A stretch of DNA of 32,000 nucleotides from Synechococcus elongatus PCC 6301. Its GTDB lineage: Bacteria; Cyanobacteriota; Cyanobacteriia; Synechococcales; Synechococcaceae. The first letter of the stretch is position 1; the number at the start of each line of letters is the position of its first letter. Both the position numbers and the translations under genes were made by a program. Below are positions 1 to 10,341 of the stretch, one piece after another. The notes beneath the pieces are model-generated. The model was given only the letters and a program-made list of their open reading frames with translations, was not told where the DNA came from and ran no database searches. The DNA is taken from assembly GCF_000010065.1 (NCBI RefSeq), contig NC_006576.1:270001-302000 (forward strand). The letters are read 5' to 3'.

Positions 1-8
1 TGAAAGAG

Positions 9-386
9 ATGACGGCGGCGGCTCGCTATCTGTCGCGCTACCTCGAAGCAGCCCAGCAAGTGCGGACGCTCAACAATACGACACTGGATTTGGAGCAGGC
101 CCTGAACGAAGCCCAACGGCTCGATATTCTCAACCTCGTGTCCGATCTATTAAGCCAATCGGCACAACTTGAACAGGCGATCGCTAAGCTTTACACCAGT
201 TGGCGGCGTGTCAGCAGCCTCAGCGATCGCCTCTATTTGGAAAGTGGCGCCAGCACACCCAATCTGCGATCGCTGCTCCAGCAGTTGCAAACCCTCTCCG
301 GCACCTTGATCTGCCTGCCCCTCGGCGACATTCAAAGTGGGCGGGTGATTCAACTGCAAGTGGTGGATGACGGCGAGCCCGCTTAG
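9..386 (+). CDS. Hypothetical coiled-coil-like protein, probably the C-terminal part of a longer protein cut by the window edge
   Basis: 125 aa ORF begins within 8 nt of the window edge; helical, Leu/Gln-rich composition; no recognised family. Confidence 0.5.
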   Translation: MTAAARYLSRYLEAAQQVRTLNNTTLDLEQALNEAQRLDILNLVSDLLSQSAQLEQAIAKLYTSWRRVSSLSDRLYLESGASTPNLRSLLQQLQTLSGTLICLPLGDIQSGRVIQLQVVDDGEPA

Positions 387-503
387 ACAGAGCGATCACA
401 ATCGCAGCAGGCAGTCTCGCTAGACTGGATCCAAGGGGTATGGCTGCCCATCTTGCTCCTGACCAGCGGAGTCAGAAAGCCAGCCAGCGAAGGAGGATCG
501 GTG

Positions 504-1460
504 ATGTCTGATTCCCTCAATCTGCCCGCTGAAAGTCTGGGTCAGTGCCTGCTGCAAGGCTTGCAAAAACAGGTCGATCACTATCTGCACTATCGTCGGG
601 CCGTGCTGAGCGATCGCGATCCTGAGGATCTACACCAGTTGCGCGTCAGTCTGCGACGGCTGCGCAGCTTATTGGAGAACTACGACTTTGCTCTGAGTCT
701 TCCAAAAGCCGTATCCCTGCGATCGCTCTCGACTTTAGGACGCCGCTGCGGTCGTGTCCGTGATCTGGATGTCCTACTGGAAGCCTTGCACGCCTTACCG
801 AAGCCGGAGCGACCTCAAGAAGCACATCAGCTTCTCCAGCTCCAACGAAAATTGAAAAAACGCTGTGGGCAAGCTCGCCGTCAGCTTCAGCGTGAATTAA
901 AGCGATCGCGCTACCAACACTGCATCTTGGCCCTGAGAAATTGGTTGGCTAAGCCCCGCTTTCAAGCAGCTGCCCACCTCGCGATCGCTGACCTATTGCC
1001 CGAGTTAGTTCTGCCCAGTTATGCCTGCCTCCATCTCCATCCGGCTTGGTGGATCGACAGGGTTGCCGTAGAGCGCTTGCGGCCCATCGATAATCGACAG
1101 CTGCACGACCTTCGCAAGACTGTGAAGCGTTTCCGCTATGGCGTAGAGGTTTTAGAATTTTCGCCAGAACTAGATTTTGAGCCCTTACTGCAGCGACTCA
1201 AACCCCTGCAAACAGCTTTAGGCAACTGGCAAGATCGCGCCACTTGGACGGCGTTACTAGCCCATCAGCAGGCGAACTGGCAGCAACGGATTCCGAGCCT
1301 GGCCGATCGCTGGCAGCAGGATAGCCAAGTTGCATGGCGGCAATGGTTGGAGCAGCAACAAACCCTGCGTGAACCCAGTACAGGCTTGCAGGTCACGGTC
1401 TACGACTGCTTGGGCTGGCGATCGCCTCAGTCGGGCCGGATCAGTGCCACCCCTTCGTGA
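504..1460 (+). CDS. CHAD domain-containing protein
   Basis: ORF 453..1460; ATG at 504 is preceded by AGGAGG (491-496). Contains the CHAD-like motifs '[22 protein letters not shown]' and '[18 protein letters not shown]', rich in conserved His/Arg. Confidence 0.85.
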   Translation: MSDSLNLPAESLGQCLLQGLQKQVDHYLHYRRAVLSDRDPEDLHQLRVSLRRLRSLLENYDFALSLPKAVSLRSLSTLGRRCGRVRDLDVLLEALHALPKPERPQEAHQLLQLQRKLKKRCGQARRQLQRELKRSRYQHCILALRNWLAKPRFQAAAHLAIADLLPELVLPSYACLHLHPAWWIDRVAVERLRPIDNRQLHDLRKTVKRFRYGVEVLEFSPELDFEPLLQRLKPLQTALGNWQDRATWTALLAHQQANWQQRIPSLADRWQQDSQVAWRQWLEQQQTLREPSTGLQVTVYDCLGWRSPQSGRISATPS

Positions 1461-1966
1461 CCATCAACGGACTGGAAGTAGACTTCCACCCGCTCACTGC
1501 GCCGCGTCGGCACAACCTTGCCGACGAAATCGGGCTGGATCGGTAGTTCCCGATTGCCGCGATCGATCAGAACTGCGAGGCGGACGATCGCAGGGCGGCC
1601 GTAGTCATTCAAGGCATCCATGGCGGCGCGAATCGTTCGACCGGTGAAGATCACGTCATCGACCAGAACCACGGTGCAACCCGATAAGTCCTGGGGGATG
1701 CGGCTGCGCTCCGGTTGGCGAGCCCCGATGCGATCGAGGTCATCGCGATAGAAGGTGATGTCCAAACTGCCCCAGGCGATTGGCTGACCTTCGAGCTGGG
1801 CGATCGCTTGCGCCAGTCCTTCTGCCAGATAAACGCCTCGGGTATGAATCCCGATTAAGACTAGGCGATCGACCTGTCGGGCACTCTCAACAATCTGCGA
1901 AGCGAGACGATTGAGGGTGCGGCGCTGCTCGTCGGCAGACAGCAATTCGATTTGAGAAGGGCTCAT
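1427..1966 (-). CDS. pyrR: Bifunctional pyr operon regulator / uracil phosphoribosyltransferase PyrR
   Basis: Protein MSPSQIELL...[18 protein letters not shown]...[21 protein letters not shown]; PRPP-binding motif [13 protein letters not shown]. Internal ATG at 1966 preferred over the TTG at 1981. Confidence 0.92.
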   Translation of the reverse strand: MSPSQIELLSADEQRRTLNRLASQIVESARQVDRLVLIGIHTRGVYLAEGLAQAIAQLEGQPIAWGSLDITFYRDDLDRIGARQPERSRIPQDLSGCTVVLVDDVIFTGRTIRAAMDALNDYGRPAIVRLAVLIDRGNRELPIQPDFVGKVVPTRRSERVEVYFQSVDGHEGVALIRPD

Positions 1967-2031
1967 GGCGATCGCCTGCAAGACAAGCTCATTATTAGGG
2001 GAGGATTGGCCCCACGTCGGTCAAGCAGACC

Positions 2032-2883
2032 TTAGCTCAGTTTGGATTTAGCGCGCGATCGCCCCCAGATGCCACGACTCGGACTAAACAGAAAGGCTGC
2101 CAGAAATGCCAAGAAACTGATCAGGGCGATCGCGGGTCCCGAGGGCAGGTTGAGATAGTAGCTGCCATACAGCCCCAGCCAAGCAGAGGCGACACCGATC
2201 ACACTGCTGAGCACCAGCATCCAGTGCAGCTCTCGCACCAAAAGGTAGGCTGCTAGCGCCGGGCAGGAAATCAGGGCAATGATCAAAATGACGCCCACCG
2301 CCTGCATGCCTGCAATGATCGTCAAACTCATCGCCGTGACTAAGCCAAATTCCAGCCAGCGTACTGGCAAGCCGATCGCCGCTGCTCCCACCGGATCAAA
2401 GGAGTAGTAGAGCAAAGGACGATAGCAAAGCGCGATCGCCAGCAACACTCCCACGGCAATGCTGCCACTCCGCCAGAGATCCGTGGGACTGACGCTGAGG
2501 ATGTCGCCAAACAGAAAGCCTTCCAGATTCAAGCGGCTACCGAGGATGGGAATTAGCAGCATTCCCAGGGCAAAAAAGCTCGCCAAAATTGCATTCATGG
2601 CCGCATCGGGTTTAACCACAGCCTGACTCTGAATCCAAGTCAGCAGGCCCGAGCTGAGCAATCCTGACAAGAAAGCGCCAATGCTAATGTCGAGGCCGAT
2701 CGCTTGGGCAATCACCAAGCCCGGCAGCACCGCATGGGAGATCACATTCGCCAAAAAGCCAAGGCGCTGCACGATCAAGTAACTCCCGACCACCGGCCCA
2801 ATCACGCCGGCGATCAAGCCCATCAGTAAGGCCCGCCGAAAAAAGTCGTAGGTCAGCGGTGCAGTCAGACTGTCAACAATCAC
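2032..2883 (-). CDS. znuB: Zinc/manganese-type ABC transporter permease (ABC-3 family)
   Basis: 283 aa hydrophobic protein with 'YDFFRRALLMGLIAGVIGPVVGSYLIVQRLGFLANVISHAVLPGLVIA', typical of the ABC-3 metal permease family; adjacent to the ATPase and divergent from a metal-binding lipoprotein gene. Confidence 0.85.
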   Translation of the reverse strand: MIVDSLTAPLTYDFFRRALLMGLIAGVIGPVVGSYLIVQRLGFLANVISHAVLPGLVIAQAIGLDISIGAFLSGLLSSGLLTWIQSQAVVKPDAAMNAILASFFALGMLLIPILGSRLNLEGFLFGDILSVSPTDLWRSGSIAVGVLLAIALCYRPLLYYSFDPVGAAAIGLPVRWLEFGLVTAMSLTIIAGMQAVGVILIIALISCPALAAYLLVRELHWMLVLSSVIGVASAWLGLYGSYYLNLPSGPAIALISFLAFLAAFLFSPSRGIWGRSRAKSKLS

Positions 2884-2889
2884 GATCGC

Positions 2890-3627
2890 CTAGCAAGCAA
2901 AGCCCCATTGTCGATCAGGGGGAGCATCAGGCTGGCGCGCACCAAAGGTTTGCTGCAAGTTCTGCGGCGTCAGGGCTCGATCGGGAATGTCGTGGCAGAT
3001 GATCCGCCGGTTCAGCAAGATCAGGCGATCGTAGCGCTGGAGGGCGTCGCCCCATTCATGGCTACAGACAATCAGGGTTTTTCCCTGCTGGGCAAACTGC
3101 TGGAATAGATTCTGCATCAGCCGCTCGGTCGGGTGATCGATGCCAGTAAAGGGCTCATTTAGCAGCAGCAGATCGGCTCCTTGGGCGATCGCCCGCGCCA
3201 AAAATACCCGCTGCTGCTGACCCCCAGACAGTTCCGCCAAGGGCCGGTGGCGTAGCTCAGTCAATTGAACTTGTTCGAGAGCCGCCGCGATCCGCGATCC
3301 TGTTTGGGGCGATCGCCCCCACCAAGAACGAACCTCAGCCCCCAGTCGCACCACTGTTTCCACGGTGATTGGATACTGCCAATCAATCTGCGATCGCTGG
3401 GGCACGTAGGCGATCGAACGCTGACCCCGCCGCAAGGGTCGACCGCGCCAGCGCACTTCTCCGGCATAGGGTGTCAGCAACCCCAGAATGGCGCGCACCA
3501 ACGTACTTTTCCCAGCACCATTCGGCCCAATCAGAGCTAACTGCTCACCGGCCTGCACCTGTAGACAAATATCTTCTAAGACCCGCTGCTGGCGATAGCA
3601 AACGCTGAGGTGCTGGATCTCGAGCAT
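2890..3627 (-). CDS. znuC: Zinc/manganese-type ABC transporter ATP-binding protein
   Basis: Walker A GPNGAGKST, signature LSGGQQQRVFLARA, Walker B-like LLLLNEPFTGID. Confidence 0.88.
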   Translation of the reverse strand: MLEIQHLSVCYRQQRVLEDICLQVQAGEQLALIGPNGAGKSTLVRAILGLLTPYAGEVRWRGRPLRRGQRSIAYVPQRSQIDWQYPITVETVVRLGAEVRSWWGRSPQTGSRIAAALEQVQLTELRHRPLAELSGGQQQRVFLARAIAQGADLLLLNEPFTGIDHPTERLMQNLFQQFAQQGKTLIVCSHEWGDALQRYDRLILLNRRIICHDIPDRALTPQNLQQTFGARQPDAPPDRQWGFAC

Positions 3628-3633
3628 AGGGAA

Positions 3634-3648
3634 TGATAACGATTCTCA
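3634..3648. promoter_or_regulatory. Candidate Zur/Fur-family operator (7-1-7 imperfect palindrome)
   Basis: TGATAAC-G-ATTCTCA between divergent znuC and znuA; 5 of 7 half-site positions are symmetric and resemble cyanobacterial Zur-type TGATAA..ATTnTCA boxes. Confidence 0.6.
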
Positions 3649-3685
3649 AGTTAATCTATCATCAACCTGCGGGTGTTCTGACCAA

Positions 3686-4723
3686 GTGATGATGAAGATT
3701 ACGTTGGGTTCTGCTAAAGCACTGAGTCTGATCTGTGCGACAGCGCTGCTTTGGGGCTGTCAGCAGCCTGCTAGCCGCGATCGTAATCAGCCCAAGGTGG
3801 TGGCCACGACTGCCGTACTCTGCGACCTCGCGCAGCAAATTGGCAGCGACAGCATCGACCTCACCTGCTTGCTGCAACCTGATCAAGATCCCCACGTCTA
3901 CACCCCCACACCTGAGGACCGGCGCGCAGTGGAAGAAGCGCAGCTGGTGCTCTACGGTGGCTACGACTATGAGCCATCCCTCATTCGCATTGTCCAGGCC
4001 ACCCAGTCTGCGGCTCCCAAGCTGGCGGTCTACGAAGCTGCCGTGCCAACCCCTTTGTTGGGGGGAGCGCATGACCATGACCACGGCGAGAAAGCAGGCG
4101 ACGATCACGGTCACGATCATGCAGAAGAGAAGACAGCAGCAGCCACTGCTGACGCCGATCAGACACCGGATCCCCACGTCTGGCACGATGCCCGCAATGG
4201 CATTGCGATCGCCCAAGTGGTCACCCAAGCCCTGAGTGAGCTCCAGCCCGCTGAAGCCAGCACCTATCAGCAACGGGAGCAAGCGATCGTGGCGGAACTC
4301 CAGCAAATTCAAGCCTGGATTCCCCAGCAAATTGCCACGATTCCCGCCAATCAACGGCGGCTGATTACCACTCACGATTCGTTTGGCTACTATGCCCGCG
4401 CCTATGGGCTGACAGAATCAGGGGCGATCGCTGGCCTCAGCACCCAAGAGCAACCGACACCGACGCGCCTGACGGAATTGGTCAATAGCCTGCGCGCTGC
4501 TCAAGTCCCGACTGTTTTCAGAGAGACCACTAGCAATCCCCAGTTGATTGGCACCGTCGCCCAGGAGGCCGGAGTACAGGTCTCTGCGCAACCGCTCTAC
4601 GTGGAAGGCCCGGGTGGCGCTGATTCCCCCGCCCCCAGCTACCAGCAGATGCTGATCCACAACACCTGTGCGATCGCGACTGGCTTGGGCGGGCGTTGCC
4701 AACCGCCTCAGCGGCAGTCCTAG
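3686..4723 (+). CDS. znuA: Zinc ABC transporter substrate-binding protein (cluster A-I, ZnuA-like) with His-rich segment
   Basis: Lipoprotein-like N-terminus (LSLICATALLWGCQQ), 'QDPHVYTPTPEDRRAVEEAQLVLYGGY', His-rich 'HDHDHGEKAGDDHGHDHAEE', 'DPHVWHDARNG', 'LITTHDSFGYYARAYGL'. Start is GTG 3686, ATG 3689 or ATG 3692. Confidence 0.9.
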   Translation: MMMKITLGSAKALSLICATALLWGCQQPASRDRNQPKVVATTAVLCDLAQQIGSDSIDLTCLLQPDQDPHVYTPTPEDRRAVEEAQLVLYGGYDYEPSLIRIVQATQSAAPKLAVYEAAVPTPLLGGAHDHDHGEKAGDDHGHDHAEEKTAAATADADQTPDPHVWHDARNGIAIAQVVTQALSELQPAEASTYQQREQAIVAELQQIQAWIPQQIATIPANQRRLITTHDSFGYYARAYGLTESGAIAGLSTQEQPTPTRLTELVNSLRAAQVPTVFRETTSNPQLIGTVAQEAGVQVSAQPLYVEGPGGADSPAPSYQQMLIHNTCAIATGLGGRCQPPQRQS

Positions 4724-4816
4724 GCTTTCAGCGCTGAGTTCCCAAGGCTGCAGGCTGTTTTGGATGGGGCGGCGGTGCAGATTCGCTAGGATGAAGATTG
4801 AATTTTTCCGTTCAGC

Positions 4817-6217
4817 ATGGCAGCCATATCGCAACCCGTCATCGTCATTGGAGCAGGGTTAGCGGGGACCGAAGCGGCTTGGCAGATTGCTGAAGCAGGT
4901 GTGCCGGTCATCCTCTACGAGATGCGGCCCCAGCGACAAAGTCCGGCGCACCACAGCGAATCTTTTGCAGAGCTGGTCTGCAGCAACTCTTTTGGAGCGA
5001 TGGCCAGCGATCGCGCGGCAGGTTTGCTGCACGAAGAATTGCGGCGTCTGGGATCCTTAGTTTTCAGCAAAGCGAGCGAGCATCAAGTGCCGGCAGGCGG
5101 TGCGCTTGCAGTCGATCGCGCCTTATTTAGCGAAGATCTGACCCGCACTGTGGCGGATCATCCCTTGGTTGAGATTCGGCGGGAAGAATTGCGATCGCTG
5201 CCAACCGAGGGCATTGTTGTCCTCTGCACCGGCCCGCTCACCAGTCCCGATCTTGCAGAGGACCTGCAGCGGTTTACGGGACAGGACTATTGCAGCTTCT
5301 TTGATGCGGCCAGCCCAATCGTCACGGGCGAGTCGATTGATCAAGCGATCGCCTTCCGAGCCTCGCGCTACGACAAAGGCGAAGCCGCTTATCTCAACTG
5401 TCCCCTCAATCGCGATCAATATCTGGCTTTCCGCGAAGCTCTAGTCACGGCAGAGCAAGCCGAACTCAAGGATTTTGAACAGGAGTCAGCCAAATTCTTT
5501 GAAGGCTGCCTGCCGATCGAAGAATTGGCGCGGCGCGGTGAAGACACCATGCGCTACGGTCCGCTCAAACCCGTTGGCCTGTTTGATGCCCGTCTCGGCG
5601 ATTGGCGCGATCCCGAAAATCGGAGTCGCCGTCCCTACGCGATTGTCCAGCTGCGGCAGGAAGATCGAGCCGGCAACCTTTGGAATTTAGTTGGGTTTCA
5701 GACCAATTTGCGCTGGGGCGAGCAAAAGCGCATCTTCCAGATGATTCCGGGGCTCAGCCAAGCAGAGTTTGTCCGGTTTGGGGTCATGCATCGCAATACC
5801 TTTGTCAATGCGCCGCAACTGCTCGATGCCAGTCTGCAATTCCGGCAGCGACCGACTCTCTTGGCTGCGGGGCAGTTGATTGGTACAGAAGGCTATAGCG
5901 CGGCGGTGGCGGGCGGCTGGTTGGCCGGAACCAACGCGGCGCGCTTAGCCCTTGGGCGATCGCCCCTAGTCTTACCCGACACGCTAGTCAGTGGCTCCCT
6001 GTTCCGCTTTATCAGTAGCGCTGAGCCTAAGTATTTCCAGCCGATGCCGCCTAACTTCGGTATCCTACCCAATCTGGAGCAGCCCCCTCGCAACAAGAAA
6101 GATCGTTACGCCGCGTACCGCGATCGCGCCCTTCAAGATTTACGGGACTGGCAGCAAACCCACGCGATCGGCAATTTGTCGCCAAGTACAGGTTTAGCTA
6201 CAACGGCGATCGCGTAA
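4817..6217 (+). CDS. trmFO: Methylenetetrahydrofolate--tRNA-(uracil-5-)-methyltransferase TrmFO (Gid)
   Basis: FAD-binding '[29 protein letters not shown]', plus '[25 protein letters not shown]' and '[25 protein letters not shown]'. Confidence 0.95.
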   Translation: MAAISQPVIVIGAGLAGTEAAWQIAEAGVPVILYEMRPQRQSPAHHSESFAELVCSNSFGAMASDRAAGLLHEELRRLGSLVFSKASEHQVPAGGALAVDRALFSEDLTRTVADHPLVEIRREELRSLPTEGIVVLCTGPLTSPDLAEDLQRFTGQDYCSFFDAASPIVTGESIDQAIAFRASRYDKGEAAYLNCPLNRDQYLAFREALVTAEQAELKDFEQESAKFFEGCLPIEELARRGEDTMRYGPLKPVGLFDARLGDWRDPENRSRRPYAIVQLRQEDRAGNLWNLVGFQTNLRWGEQKRIFQMIPGLSQAEFVRFGVMHRNTFVNAPQLLDASLQFRQRPTLLAAGQLIGTEGYSAAVAGGWLAGTNAARLALGRSPLVLPDTLVSGSLFRFISSAEPKYFQPMPPNFGILPNLEQPPRNKKDRYAAYRDRALQDLRDWQQTHAIGNLSPSTGLATTAIA

Positions 6218-6394
6218 CCCAGAATCGGACTAGAACAGCTCTCGAGAATTAGCCCGCTCTAGCTGTTGGCCAGATTGGTGGGATGGCACCGCTCAATTCC
6301 TTTCCCGCGATCGCCAAGGGGTGTTGATAACCGCATGACTCGGGATCGCCATTAGGCTACCTTGTTCCCAAAGCCCCTCCACGTGAGAGCGATC

Positions 6395-8266
6395 ATGGCC
6401 ATCAAGGAGAATCCCACGCGGCCGAGCCGCAACCGTATTATCAGCTTCGTCCTGTTTGGTGTGGGTCTGTTCTTTTTGCTGATTGGGTTAATTCCCGGCG
6501 TGGGCAGTCCCCAAGTCTCTCGGGTGCCCTACAGCCTATTCATCGATCAGGTGAATGATGGCTTGGTTGCCCGGGCTTACATCACGCAGGAACAAATTCG
6601 CTACCAACTCAAGGATGTTGAGGGCGAAGCGGGTGATGTCCTCAGCACAACGCCCATCTTTGACTTGGAACTCCCTCAGCGTCTGGAACAAAAGGGGGTT
6701 GAGTTTGCTGCTGCCCCACCTCAGAAAGGAAATTTCTTTACCACTCTGCTCGGTTGGATCATTCCGCCCTTGATTTTCATTGGGGTGCTGCAATTCTTTG
6801 CAGCTCGGCAAGCCCGCAATGGCCCGCAAGGCGCGCTGTCTTTCACGAAGAGTCGCGCTAAGGTCTACGTCGAAGGTGATGATACCCGTACCACCTTCAG
6901 TGATGTGGCGGGCGTCGAAGAGGCGAAGGCCGAACTGCAAGAGATTGTTGACTTCCTCAAAACCCCTGAACGCTACCTCAACATTGGCGCTCGTATTCCA
7001 AAAGGGGTATTGCTGGTCGGGCCTCCGGGTACCGGTAAAACCCTGCTGGCGAAAGCCGTAGCCGGTGAAGCCCGCGTGCCGTTCTTCTCAATTTCTGGTT
7101 CGGAATTCGTCGAACTCTTTGTTGGCGCTGGGGCAGCTCGCGTCCGTGACCTGTTTGAACAAGCCAAGCAGAAGGCACCTTGTATCGTCTTCATCGATGA
7201 GTTGGATGCGATCGGGAAATCTCGTGCCAGCGGCAATTTCATGGGTGGCAACGATGAGCGGGAGCAAACCCTCAACCAGTTGCTGACCGAAATGGATGGG
7301 TTCTCGGCAGATGGCGCCACTGTCATTGTCCTTGCAGCCACCAACCGGCCAGAAACACTGGATCCGGCATTACTACGTCCGGGTCGCTTCGATCGCCAAG
7401 TCCTAGTCGATCGCCCTGATCTGGCGGGACGGAAGGCAATTTTGGACATTTATGGCCGCAAGGTCAAGCTGGATCCGGAAGTCGATTTACAAGCGATCGC
7501 GGTACGAACCTCAGGCTTTGCCGGTGCGGACCTTGCCAACCTCATCAATGAAGCTGCTCTACTGGCAGCGCGTAACGGTCGCACAGAAGTCGCGCAAGCT
7601 GATCTGAATGAAGCGATCGAGCGGGTGGTCGCGGGTCTGGAGAAGAAGAGCCGCGTCCTCAACGACAACGAAAAACGGATTGTTGCCTACCACGAAGTCG
7701 GCCACGCGATCGTGGGTGCCCTGATGCCCGGTGGCAGCAAAGTGGCCAAGATTTCGATCGTGCCGCGCGGTATGGCAGCTCTGGGTTACACCCTGCAACT
7801 GCCGACGGAAGATCGCTTCTTGCTCAGTGCCGAGGAACTCAAAGGCCAGATTGCCACGCTGCTAGGTGGGCGATCGGCGGAAGAGATCATCTTTGGCAGC
7901 ATCACCACCGGCGCTTCCAATGACCTGCAGCGAGCCACAGACGTGGCGGAGCAGATGGTCACCACCTACGGCATGAGCCAAGTCTTGGGCCCGTTGGCCT
8001 TTGATAAAGGCGGCGGCAATAACTTCCTTGGCGGTGAGGGTATGAATCCTCGCCGGCGGGTCAGTGATGAGACGGCGAAGGCGATCGACGCAGAGGTCAA
8101 GCAACTCGTGGATGATGGTCACGATCAAGCCCTGGCAATTCTGAATCGCAATCGCGATCTACTCGAGGAAATTGCTCAGCGCATCTTGGATGTGGAAGTG
8201 ATTGAAGGCGACGAGCTGCAATCCCTCCTCCAACGCGCTGAACTGCCCGAGTTGCAGCCAGCCTAA
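6395..8266 (+). CDS. ftsH: ATP-dependent zinc metalloprotease FtsH
   Basis: Two N-terminal hydrophobic segments, AAA+ Walker A '[18 protein letters not shown]', SRH '[17 protein letters not shown]', zinc motif HEVGH. ORF opens at TTG 6362; ATG at 6395 ([10 protein letters not shown]) preferred. Confidence 0.96.
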   Translation: MAIKENPTRPSRNRIISFVLFGVGLFFLLIGLIPGVGSPQVSRVPYSLFIDQVNDGLVARAYITQEQIRYQLKDVEGEAGDVLSTTPIFDLELPQRLEQKGVEFAAAPPQKGNFFTTLLGWIIPPLIFIGVLQFFAARQARNGPQGALSFTKSRAKVYVEGDDTRTTFSDVAGVEEAKAELQEIVDFLKTPERYLNIGARIPKGVLLVGPPGTGKTLLAKAVAGEARVPFFSISGSEFVELFVGAGAARVRDLFEQAKQKAPCIVFIDELDAIGKSRASGNFMGGNDEREQTLNQLLTEMDGFSADGATVIVLAATNRPETLDPALLRPGRFDRQVLVDRPDLAGRKAILDIYGRKVKLDPEVDLQAIAVRTSGFAGADLANLINEAALLAARNGRTEVAQADLNEAIERVVAGLEKKSRVLNDNEKRIVAYHEVGHAIVGALMPGGSKVAKISIVPRGMAALGYTLQLPTEDRFLLSAEELKGQIATLLGGRSAEEIIFGSITTGASNDLQRATDVAEQMVTTYGMSQVLGPLAFDKGGGNNFLGGEGMNPRRRVSDETAKAIDAEVKQLVDDGHDQALAILNRNRDLLEEIAQRILDVEVIEGDELQSLLQRAELPELQPA

Positions 8267-8292
8267 AGCCCAAGGTTACGTCAGAAATTTTG

Positions 8293-8324
8293 AAGCCCTC
8301 CTTTGCAGATAGCGAGGAGGGCTT
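8293..8324. terminator. Bidirectional intrinsic terminator between convergent ftsH and aspS
   Basis: 10-bp perfect stem AAGCCCTCCT / AGGAGGGCTT with a 12-nt loop, T-run on the + strand and TTCAAAATTT on the - strand. Confidence 0.85.
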
Positions 8325-8366
8325 TTGCGATCGCTTCCAGTCGTTGTCTTGATTGATCCTGAAACC

Positions 8367-10166
8367 TTAGTCGCGTTCTTTGATCGGCGGTTGCCAAGTG
8401 GAGGCGACGTAGAGTTCTTTGAGCTGGCGATCGCTGACATCAGCCGGCGCTTCGGTCAACAGACAGCGGGCTTGCTGCGTTTTCGGGAAGGCGATCGCAT
8501 CACGGATCGATTCTTCGCCGGTCAGCAACATCACAAGGCGATCGAGACCGTAGGCGATGCCGCCGTGGGGTGGAGTACCAAAGTCGAAGGCTTCCAGTAG
8601 GAATCCAAATTTAGCTTGGGCTTCCTCGTGGGACAGGCCGATCGTTTCAAACACCCGTTCTTGAATGTCGCGTTGGTAAATCCGCAGACTACCGCCGCCA
8701 ATTTCCAAGCCATTGAGGACGATGTCGTAGGCTTGGGCTCGCGCCGTTGTCAGGTCTTCTAGATCTTGAGGATTGGGGGCCGTGAAGGGGTGGTGTAGCG
8801 CTTCGTAGCGCTTCTCATCGGCATTCCACTCGACCATCGGGAAGTCCACGACCCAGAGCAAGTTGAGTGCCTCGGGATCGATCAATCCCAACTCTTTACC
8901 CAAGAATTGGCGGACGCGATCGAGGGACTTGTTGACGATGTCGGTGCTCCCTGCTCCAAATAGCAACAGCGTTCCGGGTTGTGCCTGAGTGCGACGGAGG
9001 ATCTCAGCTTTCTGCTCATCACTGAGGTTGTCTTTGATCGCGCCAATCGTGTCGATCTCGCCGTTTTCACGGACGCGAATGTAGGCCAGACCGGCAGCAC
9101 CGGCTTCCGTGGCTTCTTTGAAGATGTCGCCGCCGGGCTTGATCCGCACGTTGGAAATGCGATCGTTGCCATCGGGAATCGGCAGGATTTTGACCTTGCC
9201 GCCGGATTTGACTGCGCCACTGAAGACCTTGAAGCCCATGTCCGCAACGACATCGGAAACATCCACCAGCTTTAGGCCAAAGCGCGTGTCGGGGCGATCG
9301 CTGCCGTAGCGATCCATCGCCTCAGCGTAGGTCAAGCGCGGGAAGGGTCGCGGCAGCTCAATACCCTTCACTGTTTTGAAGATGTGAGCAATCAGCCGCT
9401 CGTTCAGGTCGATGATTTCTTCCTGGGAGAGGAAGCTCATTTCCATATCGAGCTGGGTAAATTCCGGCTGACGATCGGCGCGCAAATCTTCATCGCGGAA
9501 GCAGCGGGCAATTTGGTAGTAGCGATCGAACCCCGACACCATCAGCAGTTGCTTAAACAGCTGCGGTGATTGCGGCAGGGCAAACCATTCGCCCGGATTG
9601 ACCCGCGAGGGCACCAAGTAATCCCGTGCGCCTTCCGGCGTCGACTTGGTCAGGACGGGTGTTTCAATCTCGATAAATTGTTCTTCATCTTCCAAGAAGC
9701 GGCGAATCGCCTTGACGACTTGGTGACGCAGCTGCAGATTGCGGTTCATGCGATCGCGGCGCAGATCCAAGTAGCGGTAGCGCAGCCGCAAATCTTCCCG
9801 CACCGTCTCTTCATCGGCGCTGGAAACTTGGAAGGGCAACTGACGGCGGACTGCGTTCAGAATTTCAATGCGATCAGCGTAGATTTCTACTTCGCCCGTT
9901 GGCAGCTTCGGGTTGAGGGATTCCGCCGGCCGACCGCTGACCCGTCCGGTGATTTTTACCACATACTCGTTGCGCAGGCCTTCGGCTTGGTGGTATGACT
10001 CCGGCGTCCGTTCTGGATCACTAACGATTTGCACCGTGCCTGTGCGATCGCGCAGATCGACAAAGATCACGCCACCATGATCCCGACGCCGATCGACCCA
10101 GCCATAGAGCGTGACGGAGGTGCCAACTTGCTCGGCACGAAGTTCGCCGCAGTAGTGAGTGCGCAT
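8367..10166 (-). CDS. aspS: Aspartyl-tRNA synthetase
   Basis: Protein [43 protein letters not shown]..., class II motifs '[25 protein letters not shown]' and '[15 protein letters not shown]'; ORF opens at 10193, ATG at 10166 preferred. Confidence 0.96.
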   Translation of the reverse strand: MRTHYCGELRAEQVGTSVTLYGWVDRRRDHGGVIFVDLRDRTGTVQIVSDPERTPESYHQAEGLRNEYVVKITGRVSGRPAESLNPKLPTGEVEIYADRIEILNAVRRQLPFQVSSADEETVREDLRLRYRYLDLRRDRMNRNLQLRHQVVKAIRRFLEDEEQFIEIETPVLTKSTPEGARDYLVPSRVNPGEWFALPQSPQLFKQLLMVSGFDRYYQIARCFRDEDLRADRQPEFTQLDMEMSFLSQEEIIDLNERLIAHIFKTVKGIELPRPFPRLTYAEAMDRYGSDRPDTRFGLKLVDVSDVVADMGFKVFSGAVKSGGKVKILPIPDGNDRISNVRIKPGGDIFKEATEAGAAGLAYIRVRENGEIDTIGAIKDNLSDEQKAEILRRTQAQPGTLLLFGAGSTDIVNKSLDRVRQFLGKELGLIDPEALNLLWVVDFPMVEWNADEKRYEALHHPFTAPNPQDLEDLTTARAQAYDIVLNGLEIGGGSLRIYQRDIQERVFETIGLSHEEAQAKFGFLLEAFDFGTPPHGGIAYGLDRLVMLLTGEESIRDAIAFPKTQQARCLLTEAPADVSDRQLKELYVASTWQPPIKERD

Positions 10167-10341
10167 GGAGACGGGGGCGAGCCTGAACAACAAACTCTCT
10201 ATTATCTGTGAAGCGGTTCCGATCGCGTGCGATCGCGCCAGAATTCCTAGACTAAGGAGACAAGAGCGTCGCGCCCATTGCCAAGCGATCCAGCCCTGAT
10301 CTACTGTCCTCAGAGTTGAGGATCTTTGCGTCGGCAGCCCC

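Noticed and set aside
3662-4375. 237-aa - strand ORF opposite znuA
   Set aside because: Fully antisense to a confidently assigned ZnuA gene; the peptide shows no family features and the open frame is explained by the GC-rich codon usage of the + strand gene.
4418-4834. 138-aa - strand ORF spanning the znuA 3' end and trmFO start
   Set aside because: Overlaps the ends of two well-supported + strand genes; no domain evidence.
9570-9998. 142-aa + strand ORF opposite aspS (also 8325..8600, 8979..9275, 9109..9309)
   Set aside because: Antisense to strongly supported aspS; no recognisable domain.
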